Shown here piece after piece: positions 48,162 through 58,053 of a stretch of 64,000 nt of DNA (positions are counted from its first letter, which is position 1; the number at the start of each line of letters is the position of its first letter). The notes beneath the pieces are model-generated. The model did no database searches and was not told where the DNA came from. It saw only the letters and a program-made list of their open reading frames with translations. The stretch comes from Candidatus Hermodarchaeota archaeon. Its GTDB lineage: Archaea; Asgardarchaeota; Hermodarchaeia; Hermodarchaeales; Hermodarchaeaceae. The stretch lies in NCBI GenBank assembly GCA_016839365.1, contig JAEOUH010000044.1:1-64000 (forward strand), in the 5' to 3' direction. The position numbers and the translations under genes are program-made.

Positions 48162-49031
48162 ATGCAAGAGCCAAAGTATTTTCAAGGTAATTTGAAAATA
48201 TTCTATATCGAGGTGATGTTGGTGCAAGTAGAGAAAGTTATGGCAAGCCCTGTAAAGACTATCGATAAAGATCAGACAGTCCCCATTGCATTAGACATCA
48301 TGGAGAAGCTAGGGATATCTGCAATCCCTGTTACAGAGGAAAATCGCTTAATTGGATTAATCACAGAACTAGATCTTGTCGATCGATTAGGATCTGCACG
48401 CGCAGGCAAATTATCACCTGCAAGCATTCACGTCAGCTCAGTCATGGAGTTTAATCCGCAAATAATTGACCCATCAATGGATATGTTTGAGGCTGCAAAG
48501 TTACTTCTGAAACGCCAAGAGCGGGCATTACCCGTTGTAAAAGATGGGGAAGTTGTGGGCATTATAACCAATAAGCATTTCGTGAACCAGTGCCAAGATA
48601 TTACCGATATTAGGGTGCAGGACCTGGAATTAGAAAAGCCAATCAGCGTGAGCCCCACAGACCGAGTAGTTCATGCCCGGCAGTTAATACTAGCTGAAAA
48701 AATGCCTGGACTCCCTGTTTTTGATGAAGGGAAGTTTGTTGGGTTGGTTACAAAGAAGCGGCTAGTGCTCGGATTTGCCGCGTTTCGACGGGAAATTCCC
48801 GCCAAGTACCAGAGTACACGATTACGAGAGTTTCTTGTAGCAAACATTCTTACAAGGACTGACTTGACAACAACCCCTGAGATGACCGTTGGTGATGCCG
48901 CGAAATTACTGCTACATGAACACCAACACCTTTTACCTGTAATGAAAAAAGAGATCATGCAAAACATTCTCATTAGACGTAGTCTTGTGAAATTAGTTGC
49001 AAGTCACTTCAACCCAAAAAAAGCTGCTTGA
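48162..49031 (+). CDS. Four-CBS-domain protein
   Basis: Four CBS repeats (IPV...LIGLIT, LPVV..GEVVGIIT, LPV..EGKFVGLVT). True start may be about 20 codons later. Confidence 0.88.
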   Translation: MQEPKYFQGNLKIFYIEVMLVQVEKVMASPVKTIDKDQTVPIALDIMEKLGISAIPVTEENRLIGLITELDLVDRLGSARAGKLSPASIHVSSVMEFNPQIIDPSMDMFEAAKLLLKRQERALPVVKDGEVVGIITNKHFVNQCQDITDIRVQDLELEKPISVSPTDRVVHARQLILAEKMPGLPVFDEGKFVGLVTKKRLVLGFAAFRREIPAKYQSTRLREFLVANILTRTDLTTTPEMTVGDAAKLLLHEHQHLLPVMKKEIMQNILIRRSLVKLVASHFNPKKAA

Positions 49032-49037
49032 AAGTAT

Positions 49038-49703
49038 TTGGGAGACAGAGCGATGGCTAGACTCCTGACACTTGAAGATGGAATTGTACTCACTAGGTTT
49101 GCTCGACAAACCATTGAACATTTTATCCTCTTTAATCAAAAGGCAACCTTCCCCGAATCCCCCTCAGAGGCGTTAACGGAGCATCGCGGTGTTTTCGTTA
49201 CGCTGAAAAAACGACATCCGCGAAATGAGCAGAAATGGGAATTGAGAGGCTGTATTGGCCATTTACAACCTGGACCAGATAGCCACCATCAATCGATTTC
49301 TTTACTTGAGGCTACACGTCAAGCGGCATTGAGTTCTGCATTCGAAGACCCCCGATTTCCTCCTGTACGTGCCGATGAAATGGAATCCATCCTTGTAGAG
49401 ACCAGCGTTCTAACATTACCCCAAGAAATCTTGACAATTGATAGGGGCAAGCTGTCTGATCAAATCACGATTGGTACTGATGGTCTAATTGTTCAGGGAA
49501 GAGGCTGGCACCGAGGCCTTCTACTTCCACAAGTTGCCCCCGAACAAGGTTGGAATGCTGAAGAATTCTTACAGGGTTGTTGCCAAAAAGCGGGACTTCC
49601 CCCCAGTTGCTATCTGGATCCTGGAGTAAAGATTCTGAAATTTCAGGCTCAAATTTTTGCAGAATCAGTTCCGAACGGAGAAATAAGAGCACGGAAGTTT
49701 TAA
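49038..49703 (+). CDS. AMMECR1-domain protein
   Basis: GVFVTL, LRGCIG, AFEDPRF, GLLLPQV, CQKAG. Confidence 0.93.
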   Translation: MGDRAMARLLTLEDGIVLTRFARQTIEHFILFNQKATFPESPSEALTEHRGVFVTLKKRHPRNEQKWELRGCIGHLQPGPDSHHQSISLLEATRQAALSSAFEDPRFPPVRADEMESILVETSVLTLPQEILTIDRGKLSDQITIGTDGLIVQGRGWHRGLLLPQVAPEQGWNAEEFLQGCCQKAGLPPSCYLDPGVKILKFQAQIFAESVPNGEIRARKF

Positions 49704-49704
49704 A

Positions 49705-50160
49705 CTACCCTGTCTCAAATTGGAGCGGTGGCGTATTATTTACTTCTTCTAGTACCATTAAAGTATCAATACTTGTGATTCCAGGAATCTTTGATAGCGA
49801 TTTATGAAGAAAAGTTGTGAAATCTGAAATACCACCTGCAAGAAAGCGGACAACCAAATCGATATTTCCAGCGGTCTTGGTTATCGAAAGGATTTGAGGG
49901 ATTTTGTGGAGTTGCTTTGTAACCGCTTCAGCTTTACCATGCTCTGTGCGAATTAATAATATGGATTGAATTGGCCACCCAATTTTTGCCCAATCGAGTT
50001 CTGCACCCAGCTTTCTTATTATTCCTCGAGAGACAAGACTGTTGATTCGATTTCGCGCTGCAGTTGCGCTTAACCCAACACTCCGTCCTAACTCAGAGAA
50101 TGAGATTCTCGAATTGGTTTGGAGGACTTGGAGAATCTGCAAATCAACTTCATCTAACAT
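49705..50160 (-). CDS. Lrp/AsnC family regulator
   Basis: LDEVDLQIL..LQ.NSR.SFSELG..VGLS; C-terminal RAM domain. Confidence 0.9.
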   Translation of the reverse strand: MLDEVDLQILQVLQTNSRISFSELGRSVGLSATAARNRINSLVSRGIIRKLGAELDWAKIGWPIQSILLIRTEHGKAEAVTKQLHKIPQILSITKTAGNIDLVVRFLAGGISDFTTFLHKSLSKIPGITSIDTLMVLEEVNNTPPLQFETG

Positions 50161-50229
50161 CTGTAGAGCTCCCTCGAAATAGGGCTTAGACTTTATGACT
50201 TAAAAGCATAGTCGCCAAGAAACCATTCG

Positions 50230-51654
50230 ATGTCCATTCCTAATACTATATGGCTTAAGTGTCTGAAAGAAATTCGCCCAACCGAGTCTGATATTCAAGA
50301 ATCATCCTTTGTTTTTGAAAAGGTACGCAAGGCTATTGAATTAGAAGCAGAAGATCGGAAAATCACTGTTGCGTTTATTAATTTAGAAGGCTCGTCTGGT
50401 CGAAAACAGACACAGCTTCGTGGTTGGAAAGAGCTGGACATATTCGTCGGATTACCCGTGTCAATCTTATCGCACTCACTTGAAGACAAGAAAACTAGAA
50501 AACCCGTGATTCGTCGTTTGCTTAAAAAAATGGTGAAGGATATAGCTGTTAATGCTGCAAGAAGTGCGGGATCCAAAGAAGTCGAAATTGCTTATGCGGA
50601 GCATCCCTATGTGATAGCTCAAATTGATAATTATAAGGTTGATATCGTTTTTTGCTTCGATTTAACCAAAGACTATATTATCAACAATGGTCCAATCACC
50701 GCCGTCGATCGGACGCCGCACCATTCCAATTTTGTGGATAAGCACCTTACCGTAGCCCAACGTGATGATGTCCGTCTTCTCAAAGCCTTCTTTCACACAG
50801 CATATGTCTACGGGGATTCGAGTCCAGTTGGTCGGAGTGGATTTACGGGATTTAGTACTGAGATGCTAATCTTTCACACAAAAGCACTAGAACCAGCATT
50901 GGAATATTTGTCTCAATCAACACCACAACCACGCGATTTCTTCAATCGTGATGCCGATTCCTTGAAACGAAAATTCCCTAACGATTTTTTCATCATCTCA
51001 GACCCAGTGGATCCGAACCGCAACATTGCCTCTAGTATTTCACAACGTGCCTACCGTTACACTAGCCACAAGTCACGCCAACTGTTACAGGACCCCTCTG
51101 AAGTATTCTTTGACAGGAGACCCATTCCCCAATTATCTGCGACGGAACTTGACTTGTTGGGCCCAAACTACTTTGTCATCGAGTTCCATGATCAAACTGG
51201 GTGGCATTACACCAAAACCCGTGATAAACTCTATCGTTATTTCTCAAAGCTTGCACGTTTCCTCAAACAGGAACCAACAGGAGAATCACGATTCGGATTC
51301 GTAGCCTTTGAAGAGCTTTTTCAAGGTGATATTTTCGCAGTTGCGCTTTACGTAGAAAGGGCGAAAGTGAGTCAATCGTATAGAAGAGCAGGACCTCAAC
51401 AGAGCCATGTTGAAGGCGTTCACCAGTTCATAGAGAAACATCCTGAAGCCTTTTTGAAAAATGGTCGATATTATACTAAGATCCGAAGAACGTTCACATC
51501 GGCAGAAGCGACGCTTCGTTACTATTTATCAGAAAATCAACTCTCTTCGAAATTGCCAGTTATTGAAGTGTCTAGAACTGGCTCAACACAGATAGGAGCA
51601 CAGGCATTATGGATTCTAACGAAAGCAGTATTGCCATTTATGACATTAACTTAA
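50230..51654 (+). CDS. cca: Class I CCA-adding enzyme (divergent)
   Basis: GS...T.L.G..ELDIFV, YAEHPYV, AVDRTP.H, DDVRLLKAF, DPVDPNRNIAS. Confidence 0.85.
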   Translation: MSIPNTIWLKCLKEIRPTESDIQESSFVFEKVRKAIELEAEDRKITVAFINLEGSSGRKQTQLRGWKELDIFVGLPVSILSHSLEDKKTRKPVIRRLLKKMVKDIAVNAARSAGSKEVEIAYAEHPYVIAQIDNYKVDIVFCFDLTKDYIINNGPITAVDRTPHHSNFVDKHLTVAQRDDVRLLKAFFHTAYVYGDSSPVGRSGFTGFSTEMLIFHTKALEPALEYLSQSTPQPRDFFNRDADSLKRKFPNDFFIISDPVDPNRNIASSISQRAYRYTSHKSRQLLQDPSEVFFDRRPIPQLSATELDLLGPNYFVIEFHDQTGWHYTKTRDKLYRYFSKLARFLKQEPTGESRFGFVAFEELFQGDIFAVALYVERAKVSQSYRRAGPQQSHVEGVHQFIEKHPEAFLKNGRYYTKIRRTFTSAEATLRYYLSENQLSSKLPVIEVSRTGSTQIGAQALWILTKAVLPFMTLT

Positions 51655-51672
51655 AACGAAAATTTTATGGAA

Positions 51673-52119
51673 TTATAACTTGTTTTTCGCCTCATAGACG
51701 CGAATAGAATATCCAGTCTCTCTTTGAAGGGGAGCTTCGAAGAAGGCGATAATATCATCTGCATTCTTCTTAACGAGTTCTTCATTATCAAGCGCTACAA
51801 GCCGAATCGCCCCGTAGGAATACTCAAAAAGGCCTGTAACTGTGGGCATTTTGTTTTCTGCTTTGACTAGTTCAACAACGACGTAGCTTGAAGGAAGTCT
51901 GTTTATTCCTTCAGGTGATTTTACCTGAAAGTCAACTTTGTGAGTTTGTGAAATCCCTTTCAGTTCATTGATATATCTTGGACGAATCATATGTGCACCA
52001 GTTTTGTCAAGTACATCACTTAGAACACGTTCTTTTGACCTTAGTGTAATTCGCCACTGATCCACTGGCAGCCACCCACATTTACTATAAATCACAAACT
52101 GTAAAATAGTGTATTGCAA
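51673..52119 (-). CDS. Hypothetical protein
   Basis: Fills the gap between cca and iorA; no recognised motif; start may be the GTG near 52065. Confidence 0.55.
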   Translation of the reverse strand: MQYTILQFVIYSKCGWLPVDQWRITLRSKERVLSDVLDKTGAHMIRPRYINELKGISQTHKVDFQVKSPEGINRLPSSYVVVELVKAENKMPTVTGLFEYSYGAIRLVALDNEELVKKNADDIIAFFEAPLQRETGYSIRVYEAKNKL

Positions 52120-52145
52120 TTCCGTTTAAACGGTTCGGCAAGCTG

Positions 52146-54038
52146 GTGAATCAGATGGATATCGCCGAGGTTCTAACAAAGGGAGCAGCTGGTAAACAGT
52201 ATTTGCTCTTAGGAAATGAAGCGATTGCACGTGGTGCAATTGAGGCAGGATTGGAACTTGCAGCCACTTATCCTGGCACTCCCTCCTCAGAAATAGGTGA
52301 CAGCCTCTTCCGTGCAGTTAAGCAGGGGAATTACTTCTTCGAGTATTGCACGAATGAAAAGGTCGCAATGGAAGTGGCTGGTGCTGCAGCAGTGGCGAAT
52401 GCCAGATCCCTTGTAATCATGAAACACGTTGGACTCAACGTTGCATCTGATGCGTTCATGACGTTAAACTACATTGGTGTTCGAGCGGGCTTGGTCATTG
52501 TGTCTGCAGATGATCCTGGCTGCTGGAGTTCTCAAAACGAGCAGGATAATCGGTTATATGCGATGTTAGGTGATACCACCATGCTCGAGCCCGCAGATCC
52601 ACAAGAAGCAAAGGATATGACTGTTGCCGCATTCGATTTATCTGAAGAATTAGAACAGCCTGTGTTACTCCGAGTTACTACACGTGTCAGCCATACCCGT
52701 TCAGGTGTTGAGCTAGGAGAAATTCGTCCCCCGCGGAATAATCCGAATTTTGAGCGAGATCCATTTCGATTTGTAACGGTTCCGACTGTCGCTAGAAAGC
52801 GACACCCAATTCTGCTTGAAAAGGTGAAACAAGCTACAGAAATCTCAGAAAAAACTCCTTGGAATAAAATCGTTGGAAAAGGAGAACTAGGTATCATTAC
52901 TTCTGGTGTGAGTTTCAATTATGTAATGGAAGCCCTCGAAACGTTACAGTTGAAAGCGGCAGTCTTCAAGATCGGAATGTCTTATCCTTTGCCAAAGAAA
53001 AAAATCCAGAAGTTCATGGCTTCAAAAGAAAAGGTCATTGTCGTAGAGGAGCTAAAGCCTTACCTTGAAAATCATGCACGTGCTTTCGCACAGGAAAAAG
53101 AGATCATGGTTCCAATTCTGGGAAAGAGCCAGGGATATTTCTCTGAAATTGGTGAATTCACCCCTAGAACCGTCATTGAAGGCGTTGCTAAGGCCTTAGG
53201 AAAGGCAATACCACCGGAATACGTAGATGTTGATAACAAAATTTCTGAAACTCTTGCCACAGCTCCTCCCCGGCCTCCTATCCTCTGTGCAGGTTGTCCA
53301 CATCGTGCAACATTTTATGAAATCGCGACTGCAACTGGACGAAAGGGCATTTACCCAACAGATATTGGATGTTATACATTGGTAATTCAGCCTCCTCTCG
53401 AAATGGCTGATTTGCTTCTTTGTATGGGATCAAGTATCGGAACTTCTTGCGGACTTACAGCTGTTTTGGATAAACCCATTGTGGGAGCTATTGGTGATTC
53501 CACGTTTTTCCATTCTGGAATTCCCGGTCTTGTTAATGCGGTATACAACCAACATCCAGTGAAAATTATTGTGGTGGATAATCACACAACCGCAATGACC
53601 GGCCACCAGCCACATCCAGGAACGGGAATGACTGGTATGGGTGTTCCAGGCAAACAAATCAGTATTGAGGCCGTGGCACGGGGTGTGGGAGTTGACTACG
53701 TTAAGGTAATCGATCCTCTACAAGTCAAGGAATCGATTCGTGCAATGCGCGAAGCTTTGGCATATGATGGCCCTGCAGTGGTTATCTCACGAAGCCCATG
53801 TGCACTTTTAGAGAGTGCCCGGAAGCGCAGTGCTAATGAACCAATAATCCCCTATGAGGTTGATCCAGAGAAATGTCAGGGTTGCCGGGTGTGTACAGAT
53901 AAATTAGGCTGTGCCGCAGCTATTTGGACAGGAGAACACGCAGCAATTGAAGCAGACTTATGTTCAGGATGCGGCGTGTGTGCGCAGATTTGCCCATACA
54001 AAGCAATTCATGAGGGAGAGGCGAATGAAAGAGTATAA
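52146..54038 (+). CDS. iorA: Indolepyruvate ferredoxin oxidoreductase alpha subunit
   Basis: LGNEAIARG, YPGTPSSE, MKHVGLN, SSQNEQD, CAGCPH, DIGCY, IGDSTF, two ferredoxin motifs. Confidence 0.96.
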   Translation: MNQMDIAEVLTKGAAGKQYLLLGNEAIARGAIEAGLELAATYPGTPSSEIGDSLFRAVKQGNYFFEYCTNEKVAMEVAGAAAVANARSLVIMKHVGLNVASDAFMTLNYIGVRAGLVIVSADDPGCWSSQNEQDNRLYAMLGDTTMLEPADPQEAKDMTVAAFDLSEELEQPVLLRVTTRVSHTRSGVELGEIRPPRNNPNFERDPFRFVTVPTVARKRHPILLEKVKQATEISEKTPWNKIVGKGELGIITSGVSFNYVMEALETLQLKAAVFKIGMSYPLPKKKIQKFMASKEKVIVVEELKPYLENHARAFAQEKEIMVPILGKSQGYFSEIGEFTPRTVIEGVAKALGKAIPPEYVDVDNKISETLATAPPRPPILCAGCPHRATFYEIATATGRKGIYPTDIGCYTLVIQPPLEMADLLLCMGSSIGTSCGLTAVLDKPIVGAIGDSTFFHSGIPGLVNAVYNQHPVKIIVVDNHTTAMTGHQPHPGTGMTGMGVPGKQISIEAVARGVGVDYVKVIDPLQVKESIRAMREALAYDGPAVVISRSPCALLESARKRSANEPIIPYEVDPEKCQGCRVCTDKLGCAAAIWTGEHAAIEADLCSGCGVCAQICPYKAIHEGEANERV

Positions 54039-54639
54039 CATCATGTTTACGGGAGTTGGGGGGACGGGTGTTCTAACCGCGGCTCGAATCCTAGCATCAG
54101 CGGCACTCGCTGAAGGAGAAAACGTTCGAATGGGCGAGATTCACGGTATGGCTCAGAGAGGCGGTGCAGTGAACTGTACTATTCGAATTGGGAAAAGTGT
54201 TCATGGTCCAATTATACCGACAGGCAAGGCAAATTTGCTCTTGAGTGTTGAGCCTGTTGAAGCCTTAAGGAATGTCGATCGAATAATGCCTTCTGGTACT
54301 ATTATTGTGGGTGAATACCGAATTACGCCAACGGGAGTTTTACTTGGCCGAGATAAATACCCTAGTGACGAAGCGATATTACAGGACCTAGCCAAGTTTG
54401 CGAAAGTCATTACTTTTGATGCGGCTAAGCTGGCTCAGGAGGCAGGAGGTATTCTGACTATGAATACAGTCTTAATTGGAGCTATCATCGGTTTGAACCT
54501 AATTCCCATTAAAGAGGAAACTGTGATTGCGGCTATAAAGGAAATCCTTCCTGAAAGGTATCAAGCAATGAACATTTCTGCCTTTGAAAAGGGAAAAAAA
54601 ATTCAAAAAAGGCGATTACAATCTAGCGGTTTAGGGTAA
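54025..54639 (+). CDS. iorB: Indolepyruvate ferredoxin oxidoreductase beta subunit
   Basis: GVGGTG, EIHGMAQRGGAV, EPVEALR; ATG at 54025. Confidence 0.95.
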   Translation: MKEYNIMFTGVGGTGVLTAARILASAALAEGENVRMGEIHGMAQRGGAVNCTIRIGKSVHGPIIPTGKANLLLSVEPVEALRNVDRIMPSGTIIVGEYRITPTGVLLGRDKYPSDEAILQDLAKFAKVITFDAAKLAQEAGGILTMNTVLIGAIIGLNLIPIKEETVIAAIKEILPERYQAMNISAFEKGKKIQKRRLQSSGLG

Positions 54640-55546
54640 TGGACGCATAACCAACAATTGCTTCTGAGCTACCGCTAATATCATAACTTGTCGCATATTT
54701 CAGGCACGTTCCATGTTTAGCACCTAACTCTTTTGCCGTCGCGATAGTGGTGGCAACCGCGCTTGCTCCACACATCGTTCGATTCTTTTGTACCACTGTG
54801 TCTAGAAGGGCTTTGCCATCCAGTTGCTCAATTTTGTTAATAAGGTCACCATCCGTTTCATGAACCCATTTAACGATTTTGTCAACCGGACCACTTCCGA
54901 CAGGAGCATAATCGTAGTAGTATTTACCATAATGTGTGAAATCAGTGCTGGCGATAACAAATACATCACGTTTACTCTTTTTAACGGCATCAGCGATTGT
55001 GCGGCCCACTTTTTCACAAATGGAATACTTCGAAGATGAAATCACAACTGGAACAATTTTAAAATCAGAGTCTTTACCTAAGAATTGGAGAAAGGGTAAC
55101 TGTACCTCAATTGAATGCTCACCCAAATGGGCTTCCGTACTATCCATTACACAGTTAATCGAAGAAGCTTGATCTTGGTTTAATACGGTCTTGGCAAGAG
55201 AAGAATCTATTTTACAGCGTCCGAGTGGAGTTTCCCATTCGCCTTCTGACATCAAAGCAGCCCCGGGAAATCGTAGAGGTCTATGTTTTGTACCGATAAT
55301 TATGAATGTCGCTGGAAACCCCTCCTCGGCAGTTGCTTTGTAAAGGTGGGAAGCGATAGGTCCCGAGTAAATGTAACCTGCGTGTGGAGCAACTCCTGCA
55401 ACTAATCTATTCACACGTTTAGGATTAATTGGAGGTATTTGGCCAGCGCCATGAGTGTCCGCAAATGCCGCACGAATTGATTTTTCAAGGTCCTTTTTTT
55501 CTGGAGGATAGAACCCGAATGCGGCTGGCTGTCGAATTTTTCCCAT
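54623..55546 (-). CDS. MEMO1 family protein
   Basis: PHAGYIYSG, WETPLG, EHSIEVQLPFLQ, ASTDFTHY, TMCG, VGYAS. Confidence 0.94.
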   Translation of the reverse strand: MGKIRQPAAFGFYPPEKKDLEKSIRAAFADTHGAGQIPPINPKRVNRLVAGVAPHAGYIYSGPIASHLYKATAEEGFPATFIIIGTKHRPLRFPGAALMSEGEWETPLGRCKIDSSLAKTVLNQDQASSINCVMDSTEAHLGEHSIEVQLPFLQFLGKDSDFKIVPVVISSSKYSICEKVGRTIADAVKKSKRDVFVIASTDFTHYGKYYYDYAPVGSGPVDKIVKWVHETDGDLINKIEQLDGKALLDTVVQKNRTMCGASAVATTIATAKELGAKHGTCLKYATSYDISGSSEAIVGYASITLNR

Positions 55547-55624
55547 GATGTCACCTATAGAACAATTCACTCAGTGACCAAAAAGGTTTTTTCGAATGTT
55601 ATGAGGTGTCGATGTGTGGTAGAA

Positions 55625-56389
55625 ATGGGTGAACGTATGGACGAAGGAACAACACGAGCACTGCGAAGTTTGGGGCTAAGCAGTTATGAGGCTCGTGTTT
55701 ACATCTCATTGGTCAGAAATGGAGCACTCACCGCTAGTGAAGTCAGTTCACAATCTCGAATACCATTTAGTCGAGTCTATGATGTCTTAGCAGCCCTTGA
55801 GCGAGGGGGGTGGATTACTGTGGAACAGGGACGCCCTAAGCATTATGTTCCCAAAAGTCCTCGTGAAACGGCGAAAGCCGCTTTTCTCTCAGCTCAAGAC
55901 CGTTTAGCGGAATGGGAACAACAGGTCATCGAGAACCTGCAGCCATTATTTGACGAAAAAACAAAAATCTCTGCTCCAGAGGTTCACATTCTCCATGGTT
56001 CGAATAACGTTCGGGCAAAGTTGAATGTTGCACTCGGACAAGCAGAACGAAGCGTGCTTCTTTCGTGGGGGATTATTAGTGAAGAAGATATCGAGTTCAT
56101 TAGCCCCACATTACTCCACCTTCGTGATCGGGGAGTGAAAATACAGATTCTGGTATCTGAACAAACCCTAACCGAGAGAGTACAACGGCTCATATCAGCA
56201 GTAGGCGAAGGTCGGAAGCGAAAGGAAATCTATGGTGGTGGAGCCATTATTGATGAAAAACAAGCAATAATTATGCTGACGACAAAGCCTACTGAGTCTC
56301 TGGCAATTTGGACAAGCCATACCGAGCTGGGAGAGCTGGCGAAAATCTACTTTTTATATCTTTATCAATCGGCTGAACCACTGACCTAA
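55625..56389 (+). CDS. TrmB family transcriptional regulator
   Basis: LGLSSYEARVY, IPFSRVYDVL..LE.GG, GRPKHY, C-terminal effector domain. Confidence 0.9.
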   Translation: MGERMDEGTTRALRSLGLSSYEARVYISLVRNGALTASEVSSQSRIPFSRVYDVLAALERGGWITVEQGRPKHYVPKSPRETAKAAFLSAQDRLAEWEQQVIENLQPLFDEKTKISAPEVHILHGSNNVRAKLNVALGQAERSVLLSWGIISEEDIEFISPTLLHLRDRGVKIQILVSEQTLTERVQRLISAVGEGRKRKEIYGGGAIIDEKQAIIMLTTKPTESLAIWTSHTELGELAKIYFLYLYQSAEPLT

Positions 56390-56396
56390 AAACAAG

Positions 56397-56711
56397 TCAT
56401 TTCGTTTCTTGTGTCTCACGTTGAAGTTTATCAAGAAGTATGATTGCCACACCCAAAGGGACACGAAGTTGAATTGCTAGTTCCTCTTCGGTTATCGTGG
56501 GACGTTTAGGGAAAATTTTGGTTCGAGTGTAATCGAGAAGATGTGGATAAAGGACCATGGATTTTACTGTCTCCTCCAGAATAGCCCGCCAATCTCGGGC
56601 ACCAGAAAGGGTGGGTTCCAAAATTTCTGTTTTACTCTCTTCTTTGGCTTCTGAATCTTTCTTCTTAGCAGGTTTTTCTTTTTTGAGATACGGATCTAAA
56701 CCAAAACTCAT
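56397..56711 (-). CDS. Hypothetical protein (possible small HTH)
   Basis: Charged N-terminus then helical ITEEELAIQLRVPLGVAIILL. Confidence 0.55.
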   Translation of the reverse strand: MSFGLDPYLKKEKPAKKKDSEAKEESKTEILEPTLSGARDWRAILEETVKSMVLYPHLLDYTRTKIFPKRPTITEEELAIQLRVPLGVAIILLDKLQRETQETK

Positions 56712-56778
56712 CTCGTCTTTCCCATTTGAAGACTTTAAACACGAAAGGCTAATTAGGCTTGTGGCGGTGGTGGTGTTG

Positions 56779-57516
56779 ATGGCCCGAGAAGGATTTTACA
56801 TAATTCGATGTCCGAGATGTGGGCGTTACACCTATGCTTCCACGCATCAAAAAACACGATTGTGTGTATACTGTCAAAAAATCTTCAAAATTAATCCATT
56901 AGATGCTGTCTTTGTGGATGATGCAAAGACCGCCCGTGCAAGAGTTAAATTCTATCAGACTGGAAAACACTACAAAGATTACATGGATGCAGTGGAGAAA
57001 TCGCGTGACAAGATCAAATCACTTATTCCGGATACGAATCTGAATTTAGAACAGCTTCAGGATTCCAAACAGATAACTCAACCCGTATCCATGCGACGCC
57101 GAGAATTAGAACGCATTCTATATCAACGTGCCCGAAAAGAACCCCTTGATCTCGAGATATTAGAACAAGAGTGTCTTAGGGCCGGGGTTTCTTGGGAATG
57201 GGTTGTTCAACAGATAGAATCCCTTATTCGTTCAGGACATCTGATTTCACCCAAGCCCTGGTTAATTCAGCTAGTGACAGAGAAGATAGCATTGGCTGAT
57301 AAGCAGTTAACAGAAATCAGTTCGACAAAACTAGCCCAACTACTCGGAACCGTTCTTCGCGATTCGCCGGTTCCGCTAAGTCAAGATGAGTTGGCTACAC
57401 AACTTGAGAAGAAAGGTGTTTCGAGTGCAGGGATTGAAGAAGCCTTGAATCTCCTACGTAATCAAGGGTACGTTCTTAAGACCTCAACAGGAACCTATCG
57501 GTGGACAGGGGATTAG
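56779..57516 (+). CDS. Zn-ribbon (DUF1922-like) plus tandem winged-helix protein
   Basis: CPRC...CVYC, then two wHTH-like repeats (LIRSGHLISPKP, LRNQGYVLKTSTG); start moved to ATG 56779. Confidence 0.7.
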   Translation: MAREGFYIIRCPRCGRYTYASTHQKTRLCVYCQKIFKINPLDAVFVDDAKTARARVKFYQTGKHYKDYMDAVEKSRDKIKSLIPDTNLNLEQLQDSKQITQPVSMRRRELERILYQRARKEPLDLEILEQECLRAGVSWEWVVQQIESLIRSGHLISPKPWLIQLVTEKIALADKQLTEISSTKLAQLLGTVLRDSPVPLSQDELATQLEKKGVSSAGIEEALNLLRNQGYVLKTSTGTYRWTGD

Positions 57517-57574
57517 TTTTTCACCAGGATTGGCAAGTTAAAAATAAGCAATCTAGCTAACATGGAACAGAGAT

Positions 57575-57952
57575 ATGCCTGCCGTCTATTATCTTGCAAA
57601 ACAGTTGTATCGCCAACACTCAGGAGAAGTGATAGATTATGTGCTAATTTTATGGCTTTATTCTAACCCCCATGAAACTAGACGTCGTTCACTAGCATCG
57701 TTGCGTCATGTTCTGAAACATACTCCGGAATTTCAACGCCATAACGGGAAACCAAATGTCACCGATGATGAATTAAACAAAATAATCTTCGCATCCCTTC
57801 AACGACTAAAGAAACGAGAATATGTAACGGTGTTTTTAAAGACTGAAGCGAGAGCACAAATTTCACTGACGGAGAGAGGTGTTGCCTTCGTTAAGTCCCA
57901 TTTGACTGCAGAAGAGATGCAGTATCTTGAAGAATCAGGTCATGTTACTTAG
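57575..57952 (+). CDS. Hypothetical winged-helix protein
   Basis: SLQRLKKREYV...ISLTERG wing pattern. Confidence 0.6.
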   Translation: MPAVYYLAKQLYRQHSGEVIDYVLILWLYSNPHETRRRSLASLRHVLKHTPEFQRHNGKPNVTDDELNKIIFASLQRLKKREYVTVFLKTEARAQISLTERGVAFVKSHLTAEEMQYLEESGHVT

Positions 57953-58053
57953 TGAATGTGGGAATTTCAGGTCTAGCCAGGAGACCGCTCAAAATATATG
58001 TAGGATGATATCTCATTAATGAGGTAGTAAGTTTCCTGAGGAGTCCACCAGAT

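Noticed and set aside
56557-56778. N-terminal 74 aa of the 319-aa ORF
   Set aside because: Overlaps the divergent gene 56397-56711; the conserved Zn ribbon begins after ATG 56779.
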